56,121 bases of DNA, filler included, from Sphacelaria rigidula (GCA_964200075.2; 5 parts of 5 records of this genome joined end to end with filler, not necessarily neighbours in it), one strand, 5' to 3'. Positions 1 through 12,040 are shown, counted from the whole stretch's first letter. Translations and numbers: made by a program. The notes: a model not told the origin generated them from the sequence alone.

Positions 1-1238
1 GACGTCTTCCGTGGTCACAGGCTACCACCTCATGTTAGGGTAGAAGGAAAATCAGGAAATAAAATCGGAATCACCAAAAATTCACACAGACGCGATACAA
101 GAAAAACAAAACAAAACAATACAAAAACAAAAAAGGTGGAAAAACAAGAAGAAGGAAGAAACCTATCCTTGGACCTCTGAGAGGACAGCTATACGCTGCC
201 TCGGTGTAATTCCCTAATGTTTTTTTTTCTAAATTCTGAGGAGTTATGCAGGCCATGACTCTGAAACAGATAAATACCCTCTACTTGAATCAAGTTGCGC
301 ACTTGAATGCACGAGTTACCCCGCGGGCGCGGAGCCCTGCTGGCAGGTAACTTTTGCAAATAGATGGGTTGCATTTTTTCGCGGGCAGGTTGTCTCATTT
401 CGCTTACACGGAAAGTTCGACGCCCGCTATGCGATCGCCAACCCACACGCATCCTCGTTCTAGGATTCCATTTTTTTCTTCAGGATATCGAGCCATCTGC
501 ACATCATAGGTTCAGCACCGAACACTCCACGTTATCCTTTGCCTTGGGTAACGCTCCATTGAGCGGTGGCGCGAAGCGCCAAAAACCTCGTATCATATAT
601 GCAGGTTACATTTCGGCTCGTTTTCAAGCCCTGCAGACAGGTGCATTTTTGGTGTATTTCTTCACTTGATATTAGAGAACACATATTTCGGGGTCAGTTC
701 GTTCTATGAACCTCCGAGAAGCTAGCATTTCTTTTTTACTTGATTTGATTTTAGAGTACACTTTTTCGCTGATTATACGTATCAGCCTCTTCGCTTGAAT
801 TTCGCTGGGCATTAGGGGGCGTTTCCGCTCTACTTGGGTTTGGAGTGCATACGCTTTCCGCGCTGTATGCTCCATGGCGTTTTGATGTTTGATGCATTCC
901 CTCGTTGGACGGTGGGCCCTTTGACCGTCGGAGATGTCGCCTCTCACCGTACACAGACTCCACATTCATTCGTGGAACCGGTATCGTTTTCACTTGACGA
1001 TTGAATCGGTATCATGCTCAGTTGGATCGGCTGTGCGGAACGACTCTCCGTTCAACTTGGGGCACACCGGCAACATGTGGTGATCTTGCCCGCATATCGC
1101 ATCCTCTCGACTGTACTCCCCTTTTACTGTCTCTGGACTGCTGTTGTAGCTACTGCTGCTGCTCTACGGTGCATGCGATGATGTTATCATGAGGCGCAAA
1201 AAACACCGGCTTCTCTTTCAGATTTGAGTCGGCAGCTG

Positions 1239-1390
1239 GTTGCCCCGGTGGCCCAATTGGTAGCCTCGAAACCCTCTGATGGTTGGGTCGTGTGTTCGAA
1301 TCTCAAAGCAGTCACACGATCTGGGATTTTATCTCACACCATGCCCAACAGTGGAGAGCGACTATGTCGTGGGGGTAGATAAAATTCGAC
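1239..1390 (+). mobile_element. tRNA-derived SINE, 5' part
   Basis: A-box-like TGGCCCAATTGG and B-box GTTCGAATC, followed by a non-tRNA body (GTCACACGATCTGGGATTTT...AAAATTCGAC). A clearly similar copy lies on the minus strand at 50725-50874 in another scaffold. Confidence 0.7.
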
Positions 1391-2043
1391 AACCCGTGTG
1401 TTTTTGGTTTGCGGGAGCAATGCGATCCACGCGTTTAATCGAGCTGTGTTTTCCGTTTGCGTGGGCAACCAGTTTCCCGCGTTCACCTCTGATTGTGTTG
1501 GGTTGTTTGTCATATGTCAAGCCTTTGCATGAGCTTCTGTCATCGGGACACCCACGTTGTTCCCCTTCTGGCTAGAAACGAGGTACATCTTTTCATATTT
1601 GGAATCGACATCATGATCAATCGAGAAATGTGTGAAACAGCAGCGTGCCGTCCTTCTCCACTGAACGCTCGAGGTGGAGGTAGAAACAGGCCCTTCTTTT
1701 TCGAATTTATATCGGCACCAGCTCAACGGGAACTGACCCTTTTCCTCTTCGGTGGGACGCGCGTCTCGCCCAAATCATCGTCTGTCATGGAATTCTGAAA
1801 AATTTTGCGCAAGGTCTCCAACAATATGGTCAGCTCATGAGCTAGCTGCTACTACGGCTTTGCCAAACTGTACTATGTACCATTACGCAAGGCACATGAG
1901 TATCAGCACCGGTGCTCATCTATCTTTGCTGTCGATCCATTGCAGGGCGACGATAGCCGCAGAATCTCTTGTCGTTTTTTCGCTCTATTTTCTCCTCCGT
2001 GACACCCTTATTGACGCGGTTCTTTTAAGCTAAAGAACGTTTC

Positions 2044-2248
2044 AAGGGCAGGTCGAGTAGAGTATACTCAATTGCGGGGTATTTTGAAATTCGCACTTGA
2101 GGTACTCAAAATAGGGTACAGCATTAGGAGTCGTACCCAAAAAATCGCTGGAAGGCGATCCCTAAAACCCTACCCCCAATTTGTGTACTTCAAGTACGAC
2201 TTTCAAAATACCCCGCAATTGAATGTACTCTACTCTACCTGCCCCTTA
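2044..2248. mobile_element. Hairpin MITE with about 85-bp imperfect terminal inverted repeats
   Basis: Left arm GGGCAGGTCGAGTAGAGTATACTCAATTGCGGGGTATTTTGAAA pairs with right arm TTTCAAAATACCCCGCAATTGAATGTACTCTACTCTACCTGCCCC. The GGG ends and CAA/TTA flanks loosely resemble PIF/Harbinger (Tourist) elements. Confidence 0.7.
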
Positions 2249-2378
2249 GATTGTTTCCGTCGCCCAAAAAACAGAGGAATGGCGTGGAGCCATCATTTCC
2301 TATACGCCACCGTAATAGTTCAACCAGTCAATATATCTCTACTTCCCGCCTTGGCATCCGTTTCACGGTGAAATTCAG

Positions 2379-3545
2379 GGTGGATATCTTCGACGGGTGC
2401 TTACGGAGCGTAAGTTGTGCACGGCGTGCAATCTCCGAGGATGGGCCGGTGACGACATTTACGAGGATGGGGTATTCAATTACAACGGCACGGTCGTGAT
2501 CGAAATACGAGTCCTCTACCAACTACGCACGGCCTTTCACATGGGTACTCCGATATCAACTTGGGTGGGGATTTTCCTGCAACGCGGGTCGCATGATCTC
2601 AATTGGCTGGAACGAAACCCGATCCTGGGTTCGCGGTGAGTGTTGGTGTTACCTGAGCGAGTTTACGTACCCACGCACGACTGTAGTGTATAAGTGCTGC
2701 TGATCCCGCAGTCCTATGCATCAATGAACCATGGAAGGGATGCTACGGTAGGGAGGTTGTTGCACTTTGCTTTTTAGCAAAAAGGGTTCTCGGGGCTGCT
2801 CGAGGTGTTGAACGGGCCATTTTGAGAATTGTCACCATTTTTACTCGAATAAGACAGAAAATGATGCCGACTGACGAAAAGGCCCCTGCGTGCAAGCTCC
2901 ATGTTTCAGGGAGTCTGGTCCCCCGAGATTTGGGTTGCACAGTAAGCCCCATGTATTTGGGCTCCCACAAAAAAAGGTATCAGAAGCAAAAAAGTGCGAC
3001 CCCTACCGTAGTATTGATTATACGAACATGTTTTTTCCGGGTTAAATACTGGAAGGCATGCGCTGCGACAAGGTGCTGACAACTCGCCGTCGCCTCGACT
3101 GCTGTGCTGCGTGTCCGCTCGTCTCCGCAGTATCGGCGACCACAAGTTTCGCGCGCAGATCGCAGAATCTTACTGTGCCTTCGAAGCATTAGGACGGCAT
3201 CCGTACGACTTTACGAGCTGCAAACACGGATACTCTCCGGAGATTTTTACAGTCGATGGTTGCGCGAACGTGGCGACGGACAACGTCTCCACGGCGCAGT
3301 TCGAGGTTGCTCGGGTGGAGGGGTACGTCGACGGGGACCTCGACCATCAGCTTGCGAAGATTTCGATGATATCCAAGATGATGTTCACCTCGCGTCTCCG
3401 CTTCGTATTCGAGCCTCTCCCGACCTTCTCCCCCCACAACCGCGTATCGAACGTAATATACCGGGGAAAACGAGGGGAAATGCCTTCTCCAGGCTCTCCC
3501 GACGACGGGGATGGCGGGGAGCTTGTGCGCGCACTGGGGGGGTGA
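2379..3545 (+). pseudogene. Spliced CxC cysteine-cluster / HMGXB3-like (Kyakuja-Dileera-Zisupton type) transposase fragment; exons 2379-2635 and 3131-3545
   Basis: Exons join in frame across a GT-AG intron (CG|gtgagt...ccgcag|T). Product contains CTAC...EDGVFNYNGTVVIEIRVLYQLR and YCAFEAL...YDFTSCKHGYSPEIFTVDG, resembling recalled HMGXB3-like/KDZ motifs. Frame ends at 3545 just before a minisatellite. Confidence 0.55.
2746..3008. mobile_element. MITE with CGGTAGGG termini flanked by TA, inside the intron of the transposase-like fragment
   Basis: TA|CGGTAGGG...CCCTACCG|TA. A second copy lies in inverted orientation at 27630-27883. Confidence 0.75.
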
Positions 3546-3589
3546 TGCCGTCACCGACCTCAAGACCAAGACCGTGGACGACCTGAGGA

Positions 3590-4700
3590 ACCCCCTTATC
3601 GTGAGTATTTTTACCCCCCCCCCTGTCAGTGGTCAGACGACTAAGGCAAGCAACACATGAGAACGCCCCCCCCCCCCCCTGTCGTGAGTATTTGTTTCAA
3701 TCCCTATGGTGAGAAGTTTTACAGTCTTCCCTCTCGCGCGTATTTTTCAAGCCCCCCCATGGTGAATATTTTCTCAGTCTCCCCCATCGTGACCGAGGTT
3801 TTAGTCCTCCCTGCTACGGTGGGTGTTTTTAACCGCCTTGTTGTAAGTATTTTTTTCAATCCCCACTATGGTCAGTAGTTTTCCAGTCTCCCCTATGGTG
3901 AGTGAGGTTTCAGTCCCCCCTGTCATGCGTATCTTTCAACCCCCCCGTCGTCAGTAGTTGTACAGTCTCCTCCATCGCGACTGTGTTTTCAGTCCTCCCT
4001 ATCGTGAGTACTTTTAACGCCCCCCCCCTATCGTACGTATTTTCTTCAGTCCTCCGTATGGTGAGTAGATTTACTGTCCCCCCTATCGTGAGCATTTTTT
4101 AACTCCCCCCTATGGCGAGTTTCTTCCCAGTCTCCCTCACCGTGAGTGAGTTTTCAGTCCTCCCTATGGTGAGTATTTTTAACCCCCCCCCCTCTTGTTG
4201 TCAGTTTTTTTTCAGTCCCCCCTATGACCAGTAGTTGTACAGCCTCCTTCATCGTGAGTGAGTTTTCACTCCTCCCTATGGTGAATTTCCCCCCCTCCGT
4301 ATGAGCCTGGTCCGGCGAAAACCCGGCGTGCTCCGTGCCGGCTTTGTCGAGATGCGAGGTCAATGGTCTTATGACTATGGCATGCATGATCATGAGTACA
4401 CCCTTCCCCTTGTTGTCAGTATTTTTTCAGTCCCCCCTATGGTCAGTAGTTTTACAGCCTCCCCTATGGTGAGAGAGTGTCCAGTCTTCCCTGTCGTTAG
4501 TACTTTTTAAGCCTGCCCCCTGTCGTCAGTCGTTGTACAGTCTCCTTCGTCGTAGGTGTGTTTTTAGTCCCCCCTATTGTGAGTGTTTCGACAGTCCCCC
4601 TTATCGTGAGTTTGTTTTCCGCCCGCCTCTATCGTTAGTGTATATACAGCCCCCGCTATCGTGACTGTGGCTTCCGTCCCCCCTTCTCGCGGGTGGGGTA
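3590..4700. repeat. Degenerate minisatellite, about 21-22-bp unit (CCCCTATCGTGAGTATTTTTCAGT-like)
   Basis: Dozens of diverged tandem units, interrupted by LINE 3'-end fragments at about 3625-3680 and 4301-4410. One more unit occurs near 4968-4990. Confidence 0.85.
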
Positions 4701-4719
4701 CCCATGGGGCAATGTATAA

Positions 4720-4950
4720 GCCGTGGCTGTCTCTGGAAGTGGCGATACCAGAAAATAAAGCAACTCATGGGAGGCTGTCATCCGACTGCAAAATAATCAG
4801 TAGGCTACGGGCCGAACAATATTGTTAAGATGCNNNNNNNNNNGAGTGCGAGCCTGGTCCGGCGAAAACCGGGCGTGCTGCGTCCCGGCATTGTAGGGAT
4901 GCGAGTTCAGTGGTCTCATGACTATGGCAGGCATGATCATAAGTACACCC
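4720..4950 (+). mobile_element. 5'-truncated retroelement 3' end, family A (...GAGCCTGGTCCGGCGAAAACC...GATCATGAGTAC-C run)
   Basis: Same sequence with the same 3' terminus at 4301-4410, 6895-7175, 8598-8700 (minus), 22491-22650 and 48477-48760. The 5' ends vary. Confidence 0.7.
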
Positions 4951-5124
4951 TCTCGCGGTGACTTATCAGTCCCCCCTATCGTGAGTATTTGCACAGCTGT
5001 TATGGGGGAGGTAGCAGCGACGTGAGAACTACGTGTGTCTTATTTTTAAACATGCTCATGTATTATGACAATATTCGCATCCATGTCGATGTCTCAGTGA
5101 TGCAAGTTTAGTTTTATTTCCGTC

Positions 5125-6445
5125 TTGAAGGTGTCGTCCTGCCCTCCTTTTTATATTTATGTACCGTGCATGATCCAGCTAATCGTAGACAAGCTACGCC
5201 CCGGTCTGCTGGAAAATGGGCGTGCCGTACCCCGTCGTGCGGACGGTGTTGTGTCCATGCCAGCGCTACAGCACGTGGGCAGGGCCGCGGACGATTTTGT
5301 GGACCAGCACACTGTGCGGGTGCCACCAGGAGGGTTTCTTTCCCTTTCACCTGGTGCCGATAACGTTTATGCGGCCTATGCACAAGCCGAGCCACATCAG
5401 CGCGTCCAACCGTATATTGACTTCCGCGCCCTACTGATGCGCGCCGCGGCTGCTGGTGGAAGGAGTGCAAGTGATGTTCAAGGCTTGTCTTATTCGCCTG
5501 AGCACATTTGCGCCCTCGCCCGGGCGGACCTCCGTCATCTTCGCCAGGATGGATGCTATGCTATGACCCTGTTCGAGGTAATAGTTGTGTATGCGACTTG
5601 GTTTTCCGCAGCTGCCAGGGGAGAGGTGGGCGATGCAAGGCAGAGCATTCAGTCGACAAGGGAAGGCAAAGAGCGTATTCCGCCGGATCTCACGGTTGGC
5701 GGTTTACGGCACTCGGAAGTGAACGACGGAGAGCAAATACTAGTGTCGGAAGTGAGAGAGGAGGCGGGTGGAAGCGGAGGAGACACACCCCCACCGGAGC
5801 GCACGATCGGCGATTTGACAAAGTCGGATTATCGTTCAATCTCCACGTTCTTGTGGAAAGTTTTGGCAGTAGCAGTCGGATCAACCGATACCGAGTTCAA
5901 GATGGCCATGCCTTCGTTTATGCCGCTTGCGTTGTACGAGGATTGTCCCGATGAGGGTGCTGGCAGGACTCTTCTGAGGCCGTTTGGGAAAGTCGCCGGC
6001 GAGTACCACATGGTGAGACTTCGCTGATGTTTTTTTCACGTGGATATTGTCGGCGACTCTTGCTGCATGATTGATGCCTCGGTAAGGTCGTGTGGCATAC
6101 GGGGCACCGGATACTTTGCCTTGCATCTCAATCCGTCTTTTGCCGAGCTCGTGGCTGATGCCAATTCTTGCCGCGCCCTTCCTTGCTCCCATCCTATTGT
6201 GTTCACTCACCAGAGAAAGGTGTCCTTTATCACGCAGCGCCTGGGAGCCAAGAACTCTACCCTCGAACAACGAGCATGTGAGAGAAGCTGCTGTTTTGGA
6301 GGTTGTTTCGATTTCTGGCGTACCCGCGAAGGCGGTGTTCCACAACGTGAACATATGCCGCCGCGAGCTAACAGATTCATCATACACATTTTACACTCAT
6401 ATGCCCCCAACGCCAAGGTGGGGCTTTGAGCCTCTTGAAAAATAG
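5125..6445 (+). pseudogene. Unidentified long coding-like region; 300-codon ORF continuing past a stop at 6025-6027 and an apparent frameshift
   Basis: Long protein-like ORF with a possible acceptor near 5178. Overlapping ORFs 6040-6429 and 6092-6445 continue it. No family recognised. Confidence 0.35.
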
Positions 6446-6606
6446 CTGTTTCTTATCAGCGGACCGGCACTGTAGGACACTTCGGCGTTGAACGGGGTGC
6501 ACCCTGAGAAAACTCACAAATTGTGGTAGCTGCTGGTTTTGGGAGCAATGTGTCGATTACAATGAGCAATCTTACCCCCCCCCCCTCCCCCGCGCACCCT
6601 CCTATT

Positions 6607-6850
6607 AGCCTGGTCCGGCGAGAACCCGTCGTGCTCCGTCCCGGCTTTTTAGTGGCGGACCCCCGATGGGGTTGGCGTCGGTAGGCAATGGCGCTGTAAA
6701 ACACGCCACTCACTGCGTTAGCTGGGCAACCAGATTACCGTTTTTTTTCCGCGCTTGCGTTTTTTTCGCGGTAACCATGATGACAGTCGAACTCGATCAT
6801 GTTGTGCGGCGTGGGAGAATATCAAGTTCGCACAATGGGGATGATCGTAC
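6607..6850 (+). repeat. Interspersed repeat family B (CCTGGTCCGGCGAGAA...CACAATGGGGATGATCGTAC)
   Basis: A similar copy lies at 44327-44570. Both follow a C-rich tract and share their first about 40 nt with family A. Confidence 0.7.
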
Positions 6851-6894
6851 TCCGTAGTGTTTGAATGGTGAGACACCCATGAGGTAGTGTATAG

Positions 6895-7175
6895 GACGTG
6901 GCTGTCTCTGGAAGTGGCGATACCAAAAAATAACGCAACTCAGTGGAGGCTGTCATCCAAATTCAAGATATTCAGTAGGCTTCGAGCCGAACAATCTTTG
7001 TAGGATGCAGCTCACCCTCCATGCGACTCGCCCAACACATGACGGCGCTTCGCGCTGGGTGATTGAGTGCGAGCCTGGTCCGGCGAAAACCCGGTGTGCT
7101 CCGTCCCGGCTTTGTAAGGATGCGAGTTCAATGATCTCATGACTACGGCATGCAAGATCATGAGTACCCCCCCCC
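6895..7175 (+). mobile_element. Retroelement 3' end, family A (longer copy)
   Basis: Colinear with 4720-4950 and 48477-48760; ends ATGAGTAC followed by a C run. Confidence 0.7.
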
Positions 7176-7878
7176 GTGCGCGCCCTTTGCTCTTGCGCTA
7201 CAGTTCCCAGCCGTGCCACCTGGTCTACTTACGCTTTTACTCCCTCTTTTCTTGTCCCGTGTTTTTCTTTTGCCCTGCTCGTGGATCAGACCGCCTCGTT
7301 CAAGCGGGAGTCGGGTTTGGCGTGCCAGAACACACCGTTAAAGCGTTGCAGATAGTGCTTTCCAGTGACGCTTTGGGGGGAGGGCTGGATGACAATGGGA
7401 GGCTAAGTGGCTACAATATTTCGTTTCACTTTCAACGGAATCGGGAGCGATGACTACAGGAGTACGGCCACTTCTACCGTGGGACAAGAGTGGGCGTTTC
7501 GCTAGGGCCGGATGGACCGCACGAGGGCATTCATCAAGCTCCTTGCGAAGAAAAGTATCATGGCCTTTCCACGTGCAAGCAGCTCATTGGGGTTAACGAT
7601 AATCCACACGAACAAAACCATTCGAAAAAAACTAAGTATCTCTCTACCGCTAGTGGGATGGGTTTTGATGCGTTCACGTTCAACATCACCTTGAAAAATG
7701 AGTTGGAAAACGCAGCAAATAACGGTAGGACGTGCGACTTGGCAGTCGGGCATGCAAGGAATCACAACCGGCACGCCCGTGCCTGCTGCCTACAGGCGTG
7801 GGTCTACGGGCGCTGCTTCTGCGAGTCGCCTCTCATGAGGTCGTTCGACAAGCGCGGTAAACTGCGCATCACACCACT

Positions 7879-7962
7879 GCCGGATAACCAGGATACTTAG
7901 TTGAGCCAGGTCATCGAGAGGCCGGATAACCAGGATATTTAGTTGAGCTAGGTCATCGAGAG
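7879..7962 (+). repeat. 42-bp tandem duplication
   Basis: GCCGGATAACCAGGATA(C/T)TTAGTTGAGC(C/T)AGGTCATCGAGAG occurs twice. Confidence 0.9.
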
Positions 7963-8597
7963 GGATTCGGGGCATATGGTTGGCGGCGTCTACATTGTTG
8001 CCGTACGGGTAGATTGAGTCGCTGCAGGACTTCGGCCCATTCTGGGCCCACCTTGTTACTCCTTGTATCGGTCATGATCTGGTTTTGAAATTCTGAGGTG
8101 GGAACAAATGCTGACCTTTTGTGATTCGAATCTTTCGTTAGAATCTACCGTGCCACCCGTAGCGAGTGAACTGAGGCAAGTGGACTGCCAGGCTAACTAT
8201 GGGTTCAAATTCCTCTCTACACAACTGTTTTATCGCAAGTGTTTCATCTTATTTTTAAATTTATTTTTTCACTTCCTGGCCGCGGAGGTTGATTGCAGGG
8301 ATTGTTTTATTTTTGGAATGTTCGGCGGATACCACTGATGCCGCGACAGCCCCGCACAGGAAAGTGGCTGGTGTGTGAAGGCAAAATATACTTCCTTCAA
8401 CACACAAGTGAAGTCGGTTAGGTTTACACAGGCCCTTAACCTTGTGCGATGCCGCTAGCGATGATATCGTTGAATCCTTGCCATTTTTTTGGTTGGATCC
8501 CATTTGTTTTACGCGGCCTCCTGCATGGGCCAGCGGCCGAAAACCAAATCAGTCGGCTCATAAATGGCCGTTTTCTCCCCGTTTTCGGAAAAAATGG

Positions 8598-8790
8598 GGA
8601 GGGGGGGTGTACTCATGATCATGCATGCCAAAGTCATAGGACCATTGACCTCGCATCCCTACAAAGCCGGGACGGAGCACGCCGGGTTTTCGCCGGACCA
8701 CGCTCGGGAAAAAGGGGGGGGGGGGCGTACTCATCTGTTGCTTGCCTTAGTCGTTTGACCATTGACCACGCATCCCTTTCGAGACGGACG
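8598..8790 (-). mobile_element. Adjacent 3'-end fragments of retroelement families A and L, each ending in a C run
   Basis: Reverse complements of the family A tail (8598-8700) and the family L tail (about 8713-8790). Confidence 0.7.
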
Positions 8791-10134
8791 GGAAAAAGGG
8801 GGGGGGGGGAATGGAAACCCGGAAAAATGGCGAAAAACGCAAGAAAGTGCAAAAATGGCTTCTTCTTCTCGCTTCATCATTGATTCCAATTTTACAAGGT
8901 GAAGTTGGTTTCAACACGAGATTTTACAAATGAGGGATGGATGTTTAATTGGCGATGAAAACCCGGAGGATTACAGACTGGTTCACGCAAAAGATCCAAA
9001 ATTCTGTCACCAGCAAATGCCTTCTGTAATACGCACCGAATAATTGCTTACATAGTGTCATACTGACCGCGATGAACAGACGAAGAGGGTGACATAGCAG
9101 GAATTTTGTTGCAGGCTGTAGCGGTGGCGCTATGGACAAAAATGTGCCCATCAGCGCCTTTCAAATTGTTCCGAAATTGATAATACGAATTCCAAGCCCA
9201 GTTTCCACCGAATCTCCACGTGCTTCAAATCGTAGTGACCGTCGTCACCTCAGGAATCTTATGGGAGAAATAGATTTGAAAACGGTTCCAACGGGGTCGA
9301 AGCATACCCGAAACCGTAATGTTTCGGTGATGTGGAGGTTGGCGTCGTCTAATTTCCATTCATGATACGCAGGAAAGACAGGAAGCCTCGTGACGATTTC
9401 CCTTATATCTGTTGTAGACAAGCTCAGATGATCCTCGAACTTGGCTGTTCCGTAGGTACTGGTGATCCAAATGGAAAATTTGTGTTCTTGGCAAAAGTTC
9501 AAAGTTTCTTCCTTCTCTACCGACTTCCGGGGGACCCAGTACAAATGCCCCCGGAAGGCGGTGCAGAATGACTCAGAAGAAAAAAGAATAACATCATCCC
9601 GCGATAGTCCAAGGAGCACATGTACAAAGTTTGGTGGACAAATTCGAAAATCTCACACAATTTTTCCTGCCTTGACGTAAAATTCACCCCCAAAAGACGT
9701 TTTTATACCAAAACCAAGTAGTTGGAAGTTTGCACGTTTAAAGCTCACATCCTCGCACAAATGCGCAAACCTTCACGCGGTTATTAGGAGTTAGACCCTG
9801 AAACTTTGCACAAATGTGCTATGAATCATTACGCACGTTTCGATTAACGAGGGTTTTCTACTTCTTGATTTTTTTACCGTTTTTTGGGGGTCCGACGGTA
9901 TCCAAGTCGTTTCTTCGAAGTCGTCCATTCTGGGACCCCGGAAAACCGGCACTATGATTTTTTTTTCCATTTTCTTCGCAAAAGCTCTGTCGTCGCAAAA
10001 CCCAAGGAAGAACCCCACAAAGTTTTGTGGCTGAACTCGAATAACTGGTGCTTGGATTTTCATGTTCACGTCAAAGAAGGCCCCCATTTTCACACCAAAA
10101 TCTAGCAGTTTGTCGTTTAACCGTGGCACGGCAA

Positions 10135-10790
10135 GGTTCATCGCACAAACGCGAAAACCTTCACGCCGTTTCGAGGAGTTAGACCCTGAAATTTTGCACA
10201 GGTGTTCTATGGGTCATGACGCAACTTCGGATGAATGAGATTTTTCGATTTTTTCTCGTTTTCACCGTTTCACGGGGGTCCGACTGGATCGAAGATTCCC
10301 GGACAAACCTGGGACCCCGGAAAAACGGTGAAAAGAAACAAGAGTAGAAAAAACTCGACCTCGGAAAGTTGCGTAATGACCAATATAATACCTGTGCAAA
10401 ATTTCGGGGTCTAACTCCTCAAAACGGCGTGAAGTTTTGCCGATGAGTGTTTCATGGGTCTTTTCCGTGAACCAGCCTGTACAATCTTCGTATCCACACC
10501 AAATTTCCGAAGTTTGCTTCCATTTCTTCACTTGCTGGTAGCTATCGGCAACTACTACACGCCATACAAACTTGGATTTCGATCACGGAAATATCGGCGT
10601 CCTAGGTGAAAAACCGATCTTGGCGTCCGATCAGACACCAAAAATCCCCCGAAAGTGGTTTTTCACCTAGGACACCGACATTTCGGTCATCGAAAATCCA
10701 AATTTGTGTGGCGTGTAGTAGTTGCCGATAGCTACCAGCAAGTGAAGAAATGAGAGCATACTTCAAAGATTTGGTGTGGATACTAAGATT
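10135..10790. repeat. Two adjacent foldback (long inverted repeat) structures
   Basis: 10135-10230 pairs with 10360-10450 (with a direct copy at 9740-9840). 10483-10616 pairs with 10657-10790, including CATTTCTTCACTTGCTGGTAGCTATCGGCAACTACTACACGCCA and its reverse complement. Confidence 0.8.
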
Positions 10791-11145
10791 TTAATTCTCC
10801 GGATTTTCATCCCCAATACAAGATCCATCCTCAATTTGTAAAATCCCGAGTTTTTCTGCCAAGGGCAAAAAATCGACTGACCGTTTTTTTGCGACTCCGT
10901 TTCCGCGACAGGATTTTTGCGATGTAATTTTTGCGACCCGATTCTTGCGATAGTTTGCTTGCTAAATTTTTCCACTCTGAGAACTTTATTGAAATCGTTT
11001 TTTGGGGGATAGCTTCGTCAATCAGACACCAAACGCACCCTGCTCCGCGGTCTCCTTGAACCGCCCCGAGTCATTACCATTTCTGTTCAGCTCGAGCCTT
11101 CTATTTTCCGGCTACGAAATGCCCCTATCCGAAGCCGCGATGCCT

Positions 11146-11245
11146 NNNNNNNNNNNNNNNNNNNNNNNNNNNNNNNNNNNNNNNNNNNNTTAATTAATTA
11201 ANNNNNNNNNNNNNNNNNNNNNNNNNNNNNNNNNNNNNNNNNNNN
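11146..11245. other. Artificial scaffold-joining spacer N44-TTAATTAATTAA-N44
   Basis: Identical 100-bp spacer with stops in all six frames, repeated about every 11.24 kb. Confidence 0.97.
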
Positions 11246-11589
11246 CTCGACGATGACCTCCATCATCTTTGCCAGGCTTTGTCGAGACCGCGAGCCCACG
11301 CCAGCGTCGTCGGCGTAGAGCATATATATCCCGAAAATGGTAGACTGACGCCCAGAATAAATGGGACGACAACACACACAACACATTCTAAAACGCCCTC
11401 AATCAGTGAAAAATTGAATAAAATTTAACCTCACCCATTTTTCTTGGTTAATCACGACCTAGCAAGGTCCCGCACAAAGGTTTCAACCCACAAACACCAA
11501 ACGTGGGCGGATAAACGGCCTACTGTTCCGAATTTCCGCCGCCTCGGTTTTTCAAAGGTAAGATCGCAATTTTTCTCTTGGAGTTCGAA

Positions 11590-12040
11590 AGTGAAATTTG
11601 TTATGGACAATCAACAGGGCATGAAGAAAAGCTGTATGTGAGGTCCCGGCGATTTTTTTTTCGTGAATGAAAGGCAATATCAATTTTGAGGTTTTAGTAA
11701 AATGCTCCCAACTCAAGAAAAAAAAAATCGTTGGGACCTCACAGACATCTCTTCTTCGTACCCTGTTGATTGTCCACACCAAATTTCACTGTAACTTAAA
11801 AAAAAAAAATCGAATTCGCCTGCAAAGTACAAATCCGCTAGTAGGCTGGCCCAGCCTGTAGGAATTACTAGACATGGGGTTGAATCAACGGTAAACTATT
11901 GGCCCAGATTTTTGAGCAGATGGATACCTTCCCCTTGATTAGGCGATCAAGACGAAATGCGGATCACGGCCCAACTCGTCCGTGTCGATGAGATATTGCT
12001 TTTAGATCTGAAATCCTTTTTTAGACTGGCCCAGCTCGTT
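11590..12040. mobile_element. Fragments of non-autonomous TIR elements with GGCTGGCCCAGC termini and an internal foldback
   Basis: Foldback at 11590-11790; termini at about 11844-11860 and 12025-12040. 11866-12040 resembles 55710-55890. Confidence 0.55.

Noticed and set aside
1241-1315. Functional tRNA gene
   Set aside because: The acceptor stem pairs poorly and the sequence continues into a repeated non-tRNA body, so a SINE head fits better.
3590-4700. CRISPR-like array
   Set aside because: Units are contiguous and degenerate with no unique spacers, there are no cas genes, and the context is eukaryotic.
11190-11201. TTAA repeats as piggyBac target sites or a biological periodic motif
   Set aside because: They are embedded in N runs with an identical layout each time, which marks a six-frame-stop linker.
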